Positions 10,211 through 20,831 of a stretch of DNA of 64,000 nt are shown one piece after another (position 1 is the first letter of the stretch; each line of letters starts with the position of its first letter). A program made the position numbers and the translations under genes. The DNA comes from a virus: IMG/VR virus record IMGVR_UViG_3300042937_000216, positions 1 through 64,000 of that record; one strand, 5' to 3'. The notes below the pieces were generated by a model. That model made no database searches, had not been told where the DNA came from, and worked only from the letters and a program-made list of their open reading frames with translations.

Positions 10211-11598
10211 TGGCCGTTTTTGTATTCGCCTTCCCAGCTTTTCACCCACTGATTGAGATTCCATTTATATTGCGTCCCACTTGTTAGATTACTTACATAT
10301 TGTACATTATCTTCTTGCTGGCTGTCAAATACAATATTCCAATGAGTTCCGTTGTATTCAATAATATCGTTTGCGTTGGCTACTAGGTCTCTATTATCTG
10401 AACCGCGCCAAGCAATAGCACCTTCGCCAGGCAGATTATCCCAACTGCCAATTGCTTTAAGTATTAGGTAGCGAGTACCGGTAGCTGGACTGAGTATGCT
10501 AGCATCGACTGTGGCTTTAGTAGGATCAATAATCGCATTGATAGCTGACAGGGTATTGCTTGGTAATGTATCTATGTCGGGATTAAAAATCATTAACAAT
10601 TCATCAGTTGGGTGATAGCTGACTTGTCCCACAATCTCAGTAATGCCATCTTCCTGTAATAGTCTAATTTGACTAATACCATTTTCTAATACACCGTAGA
10701 CATTAATTAAATTACGCCATTGATCTCTAGTACCAATTTTAGTAGGAGTTTCTAGTGTGGGTTCTCTAGGAGTTTCGACGTCTTGTACTTTAAGCAAGGT
10801 TAAGTTATTGCCAATTAACAGCAATCCGTAATCCATTGGGGTAAAGTATTGACGCATGCCTAAGATATTAGAGTTATTATATACTTCTGTGCTTAGATCA
10901 CCTTGCGCATCGTGTATACTAGCAATAATTTTTTGAATAACACCAAGTTTTTTAACTTTAGTTGGTAGACTAATCCACACAGGTAATTTAAATGTCAATG
11001 TAGCAACATCAATTGGATTCTCGGTGCCAACTGGGATACTACGACTAGACCAATTTGGACTATCTAAATAAACAACACTCAGACTAGTCCAATCAATGTA
11101 GTTATCTGTGCTTTGTATTTCAAAAGCAGGATTAAATAACGGAACTATTTGTTCGATTAACTGTAATTTTTGTTTAGTGTTGCTAGTCCAAATATCTACT
11201 TTTAATTCTATAGTATACGGAACTGGCATTGATCGCTCAATAGTAAACGCATTACCTTGACGATTTTCGTATTCTTGAGTAGCTTCGTTGTAGTAACGTT
11301 GACGCACATGCATTTTGCCTATGTAAGCAGGGTCTTGAACACGATCTCGATCATAGTTAAGATTACTAATATACACAGTCATAGCGGGTGTTGTTGGTAA
11401 TGTGTTTTCGCTATTATTTTGAATAATATTCATTACTTGTTTACTGCCATCGCCGTAGTATACAGGTACACGCTGTAAGGTTGTATTACCTGATTGATCT
11501 GCGCCAAATTCTACTTGGAAACCACTGATCATACGTATAAATTGAACCAAAAAGCGTTCAATTTGCGCATCATAAAAGAATTGTTGAAGTGCGGCCAT
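10192..11598 (-). CDS. gp15: Tail completion/terminator protein, T4 gp15-like with C-terminal extension
   Basis: FFYD.QI, VPV.YG, PVPY.I.....IW..N, Q.IEQI.P.F.P motifs; next to the neck gene. Confidence 0.7.
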   Translation of the reverse strand: MAALQQFFYDAQIERFLVQFIRMISGFQVEFGADQSGNTTLQRVPVYYGDGSKQVMNIIQNNSENTLPTTPAMTVYISNLNYDRDRVQDPAYIGKMHVRQRYYNEATQEYENRQGNAFTIERSMPVPYTIELKVDIWTSNTKQKLQLIEQIVPLFNPAFEIQSTDNYIDWTSLSVVYLDSPNWSSRSIPVGTENPIDVATLTFKLPVWISLPTKVKKLGVIQKIIASIHDAQGDLSTEVYNNSNILGMRQYFTPMDYGLLLIGNNLTLLKVQDVETPREPTLETPTKIGTRDQWRNLINVYGVLENGISQIRLLQEDGITEIVGQVSYHPTDELLMIFNPDIDTLPSNTLSAINAIIDPTKATVDASILSPATGTRYLILKAIGSWDNLPGEGAIAWRGSDNRDLVANANDIIEYNGTHWNIVFDSQQEDNVQYVSNLTSGTQYKWNLNQWVKSWEGEYKNGQWTLVL

Positions 11599-11600
11599 AG

Positions 11601-13028
11601 TTAATTATCCGATGTTGGGCGTAGGGCATCACTTAGCCCTTGGCGTTCATAGACCACATTAGCATACACTGTGTATTCTAATAGCGACCCAATTAATAAG
11701 TTTTCAGTACCAACGGTAACTGCTAGATTACCACTGCTATTGCTTAATGTGTTGTTGACTTTAGTTCCGTTGATTAAAGTTTTAACACCGTAATTGGCAT
11801 TGTATCTAATCTCGGTAACTACTGCCCCGGTGCTGATATTAAACGAACTTGTGATCGCATTAGCAGGCGGAACATAAGTATTGGCAATTTTAATAACGTC
11901 CCAACCTAATGAATTTTTATAACTAGCATTGGAGTTGTTGATAAAACTATTGCGCTGTGTTTTGTTAGTAGTACCCGGTGTAAGATTTGTTCTCACATTG
12001 TCTTCAACTTTAACCCAACGCTTGCCGTCGAAGCGGAATAGTCTGTTTGGTTGGTAATCTAATCTTAAATAGAAATTACCAGTGGTCGCATTGCTTGGAA
12101 ACGCTATACCAGCAGCAACTACAGCACCGTTTGGTGGAACACCGTCACCAGTTAAATAACCTTGTATTTTTGCGCTTGGCGGTGTTGTTCCTGCGGTAGT
12201 ATCTTGAACGCTATCGCTAGTGTCTTCGGTAAGGGTACTAGCATCTAGTGGCCCCGGATCACCCGGAAACCCATTTTCTGTTACTGGAGCAGTATACATC
12301 CAGCTGGTATCGTATCCACTGGCAGGCAAATCAACTTCAGCACGATCAACAATAGCATCGTTTATCTCTAATAGTTTGTTTAATGTACTGTTTAGTTGAC
12401 CTAAACTAGTATCCGGAATGCCGTCACCGTCGGTATCGATATCAACACGATTAATAATGTCTTTGAATTCTTGACTATCTACCATTGGTGCTAGTTTAAT
12501 GCGCCATAGGTGCGGATACCAAGTTGGGGCAAAGCCTTCTGCCGCACGTGTAGCATCTTGTACTACATAGTAACGCTTAAGCGCACCACTTAACCCTTCG
12601 TCTAACGCATAATAGTCTTTAAGATGCGGCAATTCTAACACATCACCAACCATTACCTTGCGGCCCATCGAATCGACCATGTCGTTCAGGTGTAAGGTCA
12701 TGAATATAGTGTCACCGGTTAAGAATAACCCAAATTGCTGTAGGTCAAAATCGTTATCATTAACACGATAGATAGCACGCATTTTATAGATATCTGCGTC
12801 ATATTTGCGATCACGGTTTTCTAAGAACAGTAGGTCTTGAATATTTTTAGCACTGTCGCTGGCATATCCAGGTTCAGTTGCGCTGATAGCAACATTACCT
12901 GTGTTAGGGCCAAGGTACTTGTGTACGTATACATCAGTACCACCTACAGTGAACATTTCACTAATTCGACGATCAAAGAACCTGTAATCGTTACCTTTGT
13001 TCTCGCGCCATAAACTTAAACGTGGCAT
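11601..13028 (-). CDS. gp14: Neck protein, T4 gp14-like
   Basis: GTDVYVHKY, DLLF.E.R.RKY, LQQFGLF, GDVLELP motifs. GATAAATA late promoter on the minus strand at 13050-13057. Confidence 0.65.
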   Translation of the reverse strand: MPRLSLWRENKGNDYRFFDRRISEMFTVGGTDVYVHKYLGPNTGNVAISATEPGYASDSAKNIQDLLFLENRDRKYDADIYKMRAIYRVNDNDFDLQQFGLFLTGDTIFMTLHLNDMVDSMGRKVMVGDVLELPHLKDYYALDEGLSGALKRYYVVQDATRAAEGFAPTWYPHLWRIKLAPMVDSQEFKDIINRVDIDTDGDGIPDTSLGQLNSTLNKLLEINDAIVDRAEVDLPASGYDTSWMYTAPVTENGFPGDPGPLDASTLTEDTSDSVQDTTAGTTPPSAKIQGYLTGDGVPPNGAVVAAGIAFPSNATTGNFYLRLDYQPNRLFRFDGKRWVKVEDNVRTNLTPGTTNKTQRNSFINNSNASYKNSLGWDVIKIANTYVPPANAITSSFNISTGAVVTEIRYNANYGVKTLINGTKVNNTLSNSSGNLAVTVGTENLLIGSLLEYTVYANVVYERQGLSDALRPTSDN

Positions 13029-13061
13029 TTAACATTCCTAATTATCTAGTATTTATCGTCA

Positions 13062-13090
13062 TTGACAAGCTAGCCAAATGATGTTATAAT
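13062..13090 (+). promoter_or_regulatory. Sigma70-type early promoter
   Basis: TTGACA-17nt-TATAAT, perfect consensus. Confidence 0.85.
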
Positions 13091-13099
13091 ACTAAAACT

Positions 13100-13369
13100 A
13101 TGAGATACCAAATACAGACTAGTTTAGATTGGCCAGCTACTCAAACAGCACTTGAAGCAACCATACACAAAATGAACAAGTATACTAATGATCTATGGAA
13201 CATTAGTCATAATATTGGTTTAATGGTTAAAGACCTAAGTAAAGAAGAAATAAACTGTCGTAGATATCAAAAACAAACACGTGTCCATAAAGAAATGCTA
13301 GATAAGATTAATGAAGAGATAGCATCTTATGATAGAATGCTAACATTTGCGGTATTACTAGCTGGTTGA
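13100..13369 (+). CDS. Hypothetical early protein
   Basis: ORF directly after a consensus promoter. Confidence 0.6.
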   Translation: MRYQIQTSLDWPATQTALEATIHKMNKYTNDLWNISHNIGLMVKDLSKEEINCRRYQKQTRVHKEMLDKINEEIASYDRMLTFAVLLAG

Positions 13370-13394
13370 CTTTTAATAGAAAGGGCTATATAAT
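13366..13394 (+). promoter_or_regulatory. Sigma70-type promoter
   Basis: TTGACT-17nt-TATAAT. Confidence 0.7.
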
Positions 13395-13401
13395 GTTAAT
13401 T

Positions 13402-13581
13402 ATGACAATAGAAGAAGCATACGCAGAAGTACAAGGGTTTGGAGAAATGAGTGGTGTTCGCAATCTGTGGGCGGCACTTAAGGCAATCGAAACTGAATGG
13501 GATGATATAGACACCCACACAAAAACAGCCTATAAAATGGTCAAGCGAGAATTAGAAAAGGAAATAGCAAATGGCAATTAA
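13402..13581 (+). CDS. Small hypothetical protein (MTIEEAY...)
   Basis: ATG 8 nt after the -10 box; overlaps the next gene start. Confidence 0.5.
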   Translation: MTIEEAYAEVQGFGEMSGVRNLWAALKAIETEWDDIDTHTKTAYKMVKRELEKEIANGN

Positions 13582-14761
13582 AATTGATGGAGCAAAGAAA
13601 AAAACAAAAGTAACACGTGATCCAATTTTTGCTGATGAAAAAGCAGTGGGTAGTGAACCAGTATGGGATACCGAACGTGCTCTTAAAATGGATGACGTTG
13701 ATTTTGACCATCACATGCGTGTGAGCTTGCGCTATTACAACTATTTCTATTCTAGCAAAGAGCTTAAAAAATACTTAGTTGATTGGTTAAAGCAGACAGC
13801 GGGTGTTGCACACAAATTAGATGCTGTAACTATTACACGTTTTGCTAAAAGCACAGATGGATATACTCCGTTAACTGCTCCTGCGCTGATTAAAGCACAC
13901 AGTAAAGGTATGCCGTTGCGTGAGCGAGAAATTAAGTATATTATTGGCGTTGTTCATAAAACATTAGAAATGGATGCTGGCGAAGAAAAGATTGCTGAAA
14001 TAGTAGAAAAATCCAATGCTACAGTAGTTAAGGTTCCTACTATTCAAGACCGTATGAACGAAATTATGCGTACTCATATCCTACACTTTGAAGAGTTGGA
14101 AGATAGTCTATACGAAGGTGCCACGGTAGACCCAAAAGCCTACGAATACCTATCAGGCAAAAGCGTACCACAGGCTATGTTAGGCAAGATACAGGCAGTG
14201 TTTGAACGTCGCTATGCTGAAATCGTAGAAGCCAAGACTACAGATGACGAAGATCTTAAAGAAGCATACAGCTATATGAAGTCAGCAGACTACAAACGCT
14301 ACGATGCTTTCTATACAAAACTGTTTGATGGCATCGCCCAATACGGGCAGGTTAAGAAAGCAACTAAGAAAGCAAGTGTGCGTAAACCACCACAAAAAGA
14401 GAAGTTGGTTGCTAAACTTAAGTATCAAAAGAATGATACAACTAATAAACTCGTTTCGGTTAGTCCTGTAGATATCATCGGAGCACAAGAGCTTTGGGTC
14501 TATAACACCAAAACACGTAAGCTAGGTAAGTATGTAGCAGAAGAAATGGGTGGCGCACTTGGTGTTAAGGGTACTGCTATAACAGGTTTTAACGAGTCTA
14601 AGAGCGTACAAAAAACTCTCCGCAAGCCAGAGCTACAGTTAAAAGACTTTTTAAGTGCCGGCAAGATTGAGCTACGTAAGTTTATGGATAATATCAAAGC
14701 AACTGATATCAAACTTAATGGCCGTATTAACGTAGACACTATCCTACTTAAAGTAGCATAA
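13571..14761 (+). CDS. Hypothetical phage protein, basic C-terminus
   Basis: 396-aa ORF with AAGGA RBS and phage-typical codon usage. Confidence 0.75.
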   Translation: MAIKIDGAKKKTKVTRDPIFADEKAVGSEPVWDTERALKMDDVDFDHHMRVSLRYYNYFYSSKELKKYLVDWLKQTAGVAHKLDAVTITRFAKSTDGYTPLTAPALIKAHSKGMPLREREIKYIIGVVHKTLEMDAGEEKIAEIVEKSNATVVKVPTIQDRMNEIMRTHILHFEELEDSLYEGATVDPKAYEYLSGKSVPQAMLGKIQAVFERRYAEIVEAKTTDDEDLKEAYSYMKSADYKRYDAFYTKLFDGIAQYGQVKKATKKASVRKPPQKEKLVAKLKYQKNDTTNKLVSVSPVDIIGAQELWVYNTKTRKLGKYVAEEMGGALGVKGTAITGFNESKSVQKTLRKPELQLKDFLSAGKIELRKFMDNIKATDIKLNGRINVDTILLKVA

Positions 14762-14764
14762 ACA

Positions 14765-14810
14765 AAATTATCCTGTTATTGATAATAAATACACGATAAC
14801 AGGATAATTT
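14765..14810 (+). promoter_or_regulatory. 15-bp inverted repeat with late promoter (AATAAATA) in the loop and the gp13 RBS in the 3' arm
   Basis: aaattatcctgttat / ataacaggataattt. Confidence 0.7.
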
Positions 14811-14812
14811 AA

Positions 14813-15715
14813 ATGGCAACAGCTACCGGAAATCTAAACTCTCGTCTAAGTATTACTACAGACAATCTATTCAATGCCAACACAGGTACAGGTGCCGGGC
14901 ATATTGACTTTAGCAGTGCTAGCATACAGGATGAACTAGCTACACTTGATCATCAACGTAACGACATTATTGACTATGTACGCCTACGATTAGGTGACGG
15001 AATGGTCGATGTTGAAGCAGACAAAGAGCATTTTGACATGGGCATCAAACAAGCCCTTATTCGTTATCGTCAGCGTAGTTCAAATAGCGTAGAAGAAAGC
15101 TATGCGTTCTTAGAATTATATCCAGAAACGCAAGAATATATATTGCCAAGAGAGATTATGAATATTCGAGCGGTCTATCGTCGAGGTATTGGTAGCGTGT
15201 CTGGTACTACTGCTAGTCAATTCGAACCATTTGCTAGTGGGTATTTAAACACCTACATGTTAGTAGCTGGTCGTGTTGGCGGACTAGTGAACTATGAATT
15301 GTTTACTGGATACCAAGAACTAGCTATGAAGATGTTTGGTGGGTATGTTAATTACCATTGGAACAAAACTACACATAAGCTAACACTTGTGCGTAAGATG
15401 CCATATCAAGGACCTACATACAGTGAAGATTGGAATGAAGGCGTTCTATTACACATAGACAACTACAAACCAGACGCAATGTTATTAAATGATCATACAG
15501 CATTTCCGTGGATCCAAGATTACGCATTGGCATTGGTTATGATCAGTGTCGGCCAAGCACGTGAAAAATTTGCTAGTATTGCTGGCCCACAAGGCGGCAC
15601 CACTCTTAACGGAACCCAACTTAAAACAGAGGGTCAAGCAATGCTTGACAAGTTAGACGAAGATATTAGAAATTACGTCGATGGCGGAATGCCAATGACA
15701 TGGATAACTGGATAA
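14813..15715 (+). CDS. gp13: Neck protein, T4 gp13-like
   Basis: DYVRLRLGDGMVDVE, WIQDYALA, KF..I.GP.GG.TLNG motifs. Confidence 0.8.
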   Translation: MATATGNLNSRLSITTDNLFNANTGTGAGHIDFSSASIQDELATLDHQRNDIIDYVRLRLGDGMVDVEADKEHFDMGIKQALIRYRQRSSNSVEESYAFLELYPETQEYILPREIMNIRAVYRRGIGSVSGTTASQFEPFASGYLNTYMLVAGRVGGLVNYELFTGYQELAMKMFGGYVNYHWNKTTHKLTLVRKMPYQGPTYSEDWNEGVLLHIDNYKPDAMLLNDHTAFPWIQDYALALVMISVGQAREKFASIAGPQGGTTLNGTQLKTEGQAMLDKLDEDIRNYVDGGMPMTWITG

Positions 15716-15776
15716 CCAAACTGCTAGACCTAATAGCTTAACTGTATTACAATAGTATATCAATTAGGAGTTTTCA

Positions 15777-16439
15777 ATGAGTTCTATCATCGCCATCTGC
15801 GGCTTTATGGGTTCCGGCAAGGACACCATAGCCGATTATCTAGTTAATTTCCACGGTTACAAAAGAGAAAGTTTTGCCAACAGCCTTAAAGATGCTGTAA
15901 GCGTAGTGTTTGGTTGGGACCGTGAACTGCTAGAAGGTCGAACTAAACAAAGCCGTGAATGGCGCGAAACTCGAGACGAGTGGTGGAGTAAACGCCTAAA
16001 GCAGGATATTACTCCTCGCTGGGTTCTACAGTACTGGGGCACTGAAGTAGTACGTAGAGGATTCCATAACGACATGTGGGTGGCTAGTCTGGAGAATAGA
16101 CTGTTACACAGCAAAGACGATATTGTTATTACTGACTGTCGTTTTCCAAACGAAATTAAAGCCCTAAAAAATATAGGCGCCAAAGTACTCAGAGTTAAAC
16201 GCGGCCCTGAGCCAGAATGGTACGAGCATGCTAAGAACTACAACAAAGGTCAGAAACGTATTGGGTGGGCATTAGGCAAACACGCATTAGACGAAGCCAA
16301 CGTTCATGCTAGTGAATATAGTTGGGTAGGTAGTAAGTTTGATAAAGTTATTACTAACGATACTACCATTGAGGACTTGTACGAACAAGTAGAGGAACTA
16401 TTAAAAGTCGGGGACGAGATCGCCCTGACGCCAGCCTAG
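15777..16439 (+). CDS. Deoxynucleoside monophosphate kinase (T4 gp1-like)
   Basis: GFMGSGKDT P-loop, TPRWVLQYWGTE, ITDCRFPNE, HASE. Confidence 0.9.
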   Translation: MSSIIAICGFMGSGKDTIADYLVNFHGYKRESFANSLKDAVSVVFGWDRELLEGRTKQSREWRETRDEWWSKRLKQDITPRWVLQYWGTEVVRRGFHNDMWVASLENRLLHSKDDIVITDCRFPNEIKALKNIGAKVLRVKRGPEPEWYEHAKNYNKGQKRIGWALGKHALDEANVHASEYSWVGSKFDKVITNDTTIEDLYEQVEELLKVGDEIALTPA

Positions 16440-16751
16440 TCCTTCTTTAGCAACTTCAATTTGACAGTTGGCGCAGACTGTTTTTAGATTAGATAAGTTA
16501 GTATTGTTTAAATTGCCATCGACGTGAAATACAAATGATTGTTCTTTGTACTTAAACTTAAAGCCACACTTTTCACAGTGTGGTTTTTTCTTATATCCTA
16601 CTGCTAGCCATTTTGGTTTTGGCACAGGGATATTTTTCTTTTTTCTAATACAACTGTCGCAACGAGTCCTATAATACGTTTTTCCTTCACGTTTATAGTT
16701 GACAGCTACGGGCTTTTTGCCGCACACAGAACATAAATTTCGCCATTGCAT
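16401..16751 (-). CDS. Zn-finger/HNH-like small protein
   Basis: CxxC pairs and HVDGNLNN..NL..VCANC; TATAAATA 5 nt upstream of the ATG at 16751. Confidence 0.65.
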   Translation of the reverse strand: MQWRNLCSVCGKKPVAVNYKREGKTYYRTRCDSCIRKKKNIPVPKPKWLAVGYKKKPHCEKCGFKFKYKEQSFVFHVDGNLNNTNLSNLKTVCANCQIEVAKEGLGWRQGDLVPDF

Positions 16752-16850
16752 ACAGTTATTTATATGAACCTTTAAAAGGGCGGCATAACCAACCAAAAAT
16801 TAAAATAACTTATAAATAGTTTAAAGTAACCTAATTAGAGGAACAATACT

Positions 16851-19800
16851 ATGGCACTAATTTCACCAGGAGTACAGGTAACGGTAATTGATGAAAGTCA
16901 ATATACTCCAACAGCGGCAGGCACAGTTGCTTATGTTTTACTTGCTACTGCTCAAGATAAAGATACACCGGGCGGCGATCTAGCATCCTACACAACACTA
17001 GCTACTGCTGGTAAATTACAAAAAATTACCAGTCAACGCGATTTAGTGTTGAAATATGGTACACCAACATTCCAAGTTGATGCATCAGACAACCCAATAC
17101 ATGGCGACGAGCGTAACGAGTACGGCTTGTTAGCGGCTTACAGCGCATTGGGCGTTTCAAATCAAATTTATATCCAACGTGCAAACGTTGACCTAGCACA
17201 GTTAGAAGGAACAACAATCCGCCCAACTGGCACTCCGACTGATGGAACATATTGGTTAGATTTAGGTGCTACTAGTGCTGGTATATACGAATTTAACACA
17301 GCAAGAACAGGATTTACTCTACAATCAACTCGCGTAATTACTAGTGCGGATGATGTAGATGGTACTACTCCTAAATCTTCAATTGGTGCGATCGGTGAAT
17401 ATGCTGTAGTTGCTAGAAACACCAACAACCCAATATACCAAAAAGGTTATTTAAATAGATGGAATTTAGTAGGCACTGAAGAATGGGAAAGTAACGTTGT
17501 TACATTAACCGGTACAGTATCTAATCCAACTAATTTAAGCGTTGGAGATAAACTAGTTATCAACGGTGCTAATATTACACTTATTGGTACTACAGTAGCA
17601 AACGTAGCACAACAAATTAGTTCATCTGGTATTGCTGGCGTAAAAGCTACAGTAAATAGCGTTGGTCAAATTGAAATTCGTATTGATCGTAACTCAGAAA
17701 GCAACGGCACTACAGCCGATGGTGAAGTAACTATTGCTAAAGGAACTACAATTGGCGGAGTTGATGCTGCGGCTAAACTAGGTTTACTTACATCTAATAC
17801 ACAGACATTTAACGGTCCAACAATCCAATTTAGTGACTATCGTAATATCCCAGCATGGAGAGAAAGCGATGCTCCAAATACACGCCCGGCAGGTTCTGTA
17901 TGGTTTAAAACATCAGCAACCGGCAACGGTGCTAATTTTGGTATCAAACGCTACAGTTCAGCATTAGCTTCATGGGAAACATTAAGTGCTCCATTATATG
18001 CTAATGATAATGCCGCAATTTACGGATTAGATCCAAATGGTGGTGGTGGCACATTAGAAGCTGGTTTTATCTATGTAGAGTATGATGTTAATACTGGCAC
18101 ATTCATGGACAATGCTGAAGGTACATTTAAACTACGTAGAAAAAATACCGCTGGTATTTTTAAAATTACAGGTCAAGATATTACTCCATCATTTACTCCA
18201 ACTGAAACATTTGTAATTGAAGTAAGTGTAGCAGGTAATATTACACCACAATCAGCAACAATCACAATGAGCGGTTCAACTGCTTCATCATTCGTAGCTG
18301 ATATTTTAAGTGCTAATTTAAGAGATGTTATTGCTACTGTTGAATCAAGCGGAGCAGTAAGCATTACACACCTAGCTGGTGGTACAATTAAATTATCAGA
18401 AGGTTCTGGTACTCCTATTAGTGATGCTGGTTTAAACACAGCACCAGGCGTAGAAGAAATTGATACAGACGTGTACTTTGCTAGTCCATTTAGAGATCTA
18501 GTTTATACACCATCAGTATCTGCTCCATACAGCAACCCAACTGATGGTACACTATGGTACTATAACAGCCCATTAGAAGTTGACATTATGATTCATGATG
18601 GCACAAATGGCTGGAAAGGATATAGACAAGTTGGTAGTGACGCTCGTGGTTATGATTTAACAGCAACAGATTCAGAAGGCCCAATCCTAAGTGCTACACA
18701 ACCAACAACACAATCAGATGGTTCAAGCCCAGTAGTACCAGGCGAGCTATGGATTGACACAGGTGACTTAGAAAATTATCCAGTAATTCGTCGCTATGAT
18801 GGCGCAACATGGGAATTAATTGATAATACTGATCAAATTAACGTTGATGGTATTGTGTTTGCTGATGCCCGTTGGGACACTAGCGGTACAGTTAACCCAA
18901 TTACAGCAGATGCTGTAGCTATCAGTACACTAGCATTAAGTGATTATTTAGACCAAGATGCTCCTGATTACCAATTATATCCACGCGGTGCGTTATTGTT
19001 TAATACACGTCGTAGTGGTTACAATGTTAAACGTTTTGAAAGCACATGGCATAAAGGCGCAAGCCCAGAGCCCACAGTAGTAAGCGCATGGGTTTCACAT
19101 AGTGGTGTTGATAGCGATGCTGTTCCATACTTTGGACACAAAGCACAACGCAACACTATCGTTGAAGCAATGAAATCTGCTATTGAATCAAGTACTGAGT
19201 TACGTGAAGAGCAAACAGAGTTTAACTTAATTGTTTGCCCAGGTTACCCAGAACTAATTCAAAACATGATTACACTAAACAACGATCGCAAACAAACAGC
19301 GTTCATCATTGGTGATAGTCCATTAGATCTAAACAGTTCTAATATTGAACCTTGGATTAAAAATACTAACCTAGCATTAGACAACGGTCCTAAAGGTCTA
19401 GTAAGTAACAGTGAATATTTAGGTGTTTACTACCCAGCTGGATTTGGTACAGATTTAGGTGGTGAAAGCGTAGTAGTTCCAGCATCACACATGATGTTAC
19501 GTACATACATCCGTAGTGATAATGTTAGTTACCCATGGTTTGCTCCTGCTGGTGTACGCCGTGGCGTTATTGATAACGTTAGCGCAATTGGTTATATTGA
19601 CACTACAGAAAGCATTTTCCGTAGCATTGGTGTAACAGTTGGCCTACGTGATGTACTATACGCAGACAGAGTTAACCCGCTAACAGTATTACCAGGTGTT
19701 GGTCTAGTAGCATACGGTCAAAAAACTCGTAGCCCAATGACAAGCGCAATGGATCGTGTTAACGTAGCACGTTTAATTTGCTACTTACGTTTAGTATTAG

Positions 19801-20063
19801 ACAAAGTTGCTCGTCCGTTCATATTTGAACCAAATGATACAATTACTCGTAACCAAGTTAAATCATCATTTGAAGCAGTATTGAATGATGTAGTTGCTAA
19901 ACGTGGTTTATACGACTACTTGGTAGTATGTGACGAAACAAACAATACACCGGATCGTATTGATCGTAATGAATTGTATGTTGATATTGCTATTAAACCA
20001 GTCAAAGCAATTGAGTTCATCTATGTTCCAGTACGTATTAGAAGTACAGGAGCCCAATTATAA
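16851..20063 (+). CDS. gp18: Contractile tail sheath protein
   Basis: N-terminal SPGVQVTVIDES; C-terminal WFAPAG..RG, GQKT, FEPND, CDETNNTP, KPVKAIEFI. Confidence 0.95.
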   Translation: MALISPGVQVTVIDESQYTPTAAGTVAYVLLATAQDKDTPGGDLASYTTLATAGKLQKITSQRDLVLKYGTPTFQVDASDNPIHGDERNEYGLLAAYSALGVSNQIYIQRANVDLAQLEGTTIRPTGTPTDGTYWLDLGATSAGIYEFNTARTGFTLQSTRVITSADDVDGTTPKSSIGAIGEYAVVARNTNNPIYQKGYLNRWNLVGTEEWESNVVTLTGTVSNPTNLSVGDKLVINGANITLIGTTVANVAQQISSSGIAGVKATVNSVGQIEIRIDRNSESNGTTADGEVTIAKGTTIGGVDAAAKLGLLTSNTQTFNGPTIQFSDYRNIPAWRESDAPNTRPAGSVWFKTSATGNGANFGIKRYSSALASWETLSAPLYANDNAAIYGLDPNGGGGTLEAGFIYVEYDVNTGTFMDNAEGTFKLRRKNTAGIFKITGQDITPSFTPTETFVIEVSVAGNITPQSATITMSGSTASSFVADILSANLRDVIATVESSGAVSITHLAGGTIKLSEGSGTPISDAGLNTAPGVEEIDTDVYFASPFRDLVYTPSVSAPYSNPTDGTLWYYNSPLEVDIMIHDGTNGWKGYRQVGSDARGYDLTATDSEGPILSATQPTTQSDGSSPVVPGELWIDTGDLENYPVIRRYDGATWELIDNTDQINVDGIVFADARWDTSGTVNPITADAVAISTLALSDYLDQDAPDYQLYPRGALLFNTRRSGYNVKRFESTWHKGASPEPTVVSAWVSHSGVDSDAVPYFGHKAQRNTIVEAMKSAIESSTELREEQTEFNLIVCPGYPELIQNMITLNNDRKQTAFIIGDSPLDLNSSNIEPWIKNTNLALDNGPKGLVSNSEYLGVYYPAGFGTDLGGESVVVPASHMMLRTYIRSDNVSYPWFAPAGVRRGVIDNVSAIGYIDTTESIFRSIGVTVGLRDVLYADRVNPLTVLPGVGLVAYGQKTRSPMTSAMDRVNVARLICYLRLVLDKVARPFIFEPNDTITRNQVKSSFEAVLNDVVAKRGLYDYLVVCDETNNTPDRIDRNELYVDIAIKPVKAIEFIYVPVRIRSTGAQL

Positions 20064-20069
20064 CATAAG

Positions 20070-20096
20070 CTAGGGGAAGAAATTCCCCTAGATTTT
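20070..20096 (+). terminator. Intrinsic terminator-like hairpin
   Basis: ctaggggaa-GAAA-ttcccctag followed by atttt. Confidence 0.65.
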
Positions 20097-20136
20097 ATGA
20101 GACGAATTGGTATAAATATATAAAAGGAATAATAAA

Positions 20137-20754
20137 ATGGCAACAGCGTCATTAAGCAAATTTACAGTACCGTTAGCAACAGACCAAAGCGCATCAGCTC
20201 AAGGCCTGTTAATGCCAAAATTAAAGTTCCGCTTTCGCGTAACTTTTGAAAACTTTGGTGTAGATCCGGCTACTACAGAATTAACAAAACAAGTTATGAA
20301 CTTTACTCGTCCTAAACTAAGTTTTGAAGAAATTATAATCCCTGTTTACAACAGTAAGATCTACTTAGCAGGCAAACCAACATGGGAAACAGTTACCGTT
20401 ACAATGCGCGATGACGCATCGGGCGGTGTTTCTAAACGTGTTGGCGAGCAAATGCAAAAACAATTCGACTTTATGGAACAATCAAGCGCATCAAGCGGCA
20501 TTGACTATAAATTTATCACTAAACTAGAAGTATTGGATGGTGGTAACGGAGCAAATCAAGTTAATGTTCTTGAAACTTGGGAACTATATGGTTGCTATAT
20601 TAGTAATGCTGATTACGGCGATGCTGATTATAGTACAAATGATCCAATGACTATTGCGTTAACAATCCGCTATGACAATGCTGTACAAACTCCAGAAGAA
20701 ACAGGTATTGGTAGTACAGTAGCTAGAACGTTAGGTGTAACAACTACTGGTTAA
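20137..20754 (+). CDS. gp19: Tail tube protein
   Basis: Follows the sheath. PKLKFRFRV, AGKPTW, W.LYGC motifs; TATAAATA upstream. Confidence 0.85.
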   Translation: MATASLSKFTVPLATDQSASAQGLLMPKLKFRFRVTFENFGVDPATTELTKQVMNFTRPKLSFEEIIIPVYNSKIYLAGKPTWETVTVTMRDDASGGVSKRVGEQMQKQFDFMEQSSASSGIDYKFITKLEVLDGGNGANQVNVLETWELYGCYISNADYGDADYSTNDPMTIALTIRYDNAVQTPEETGIGSTVARTLGVTTTG

Positions 20755-20771
20755 TCCAGATGACACAACTT

Positions 20772-20799
20772 AAAGCCCGGTTAAAATCCGGGCTTTTTT
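20772..20799 (+). terminator. Intrinsic terminator
   Basis: aaagcccgg/ccgggcttt hairpin plus U-tract. Confidence 0.85.
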
Positions 20800-20831
20800 A
20801 TCTCGATAAATAATGTAAATAGGTAAACATT

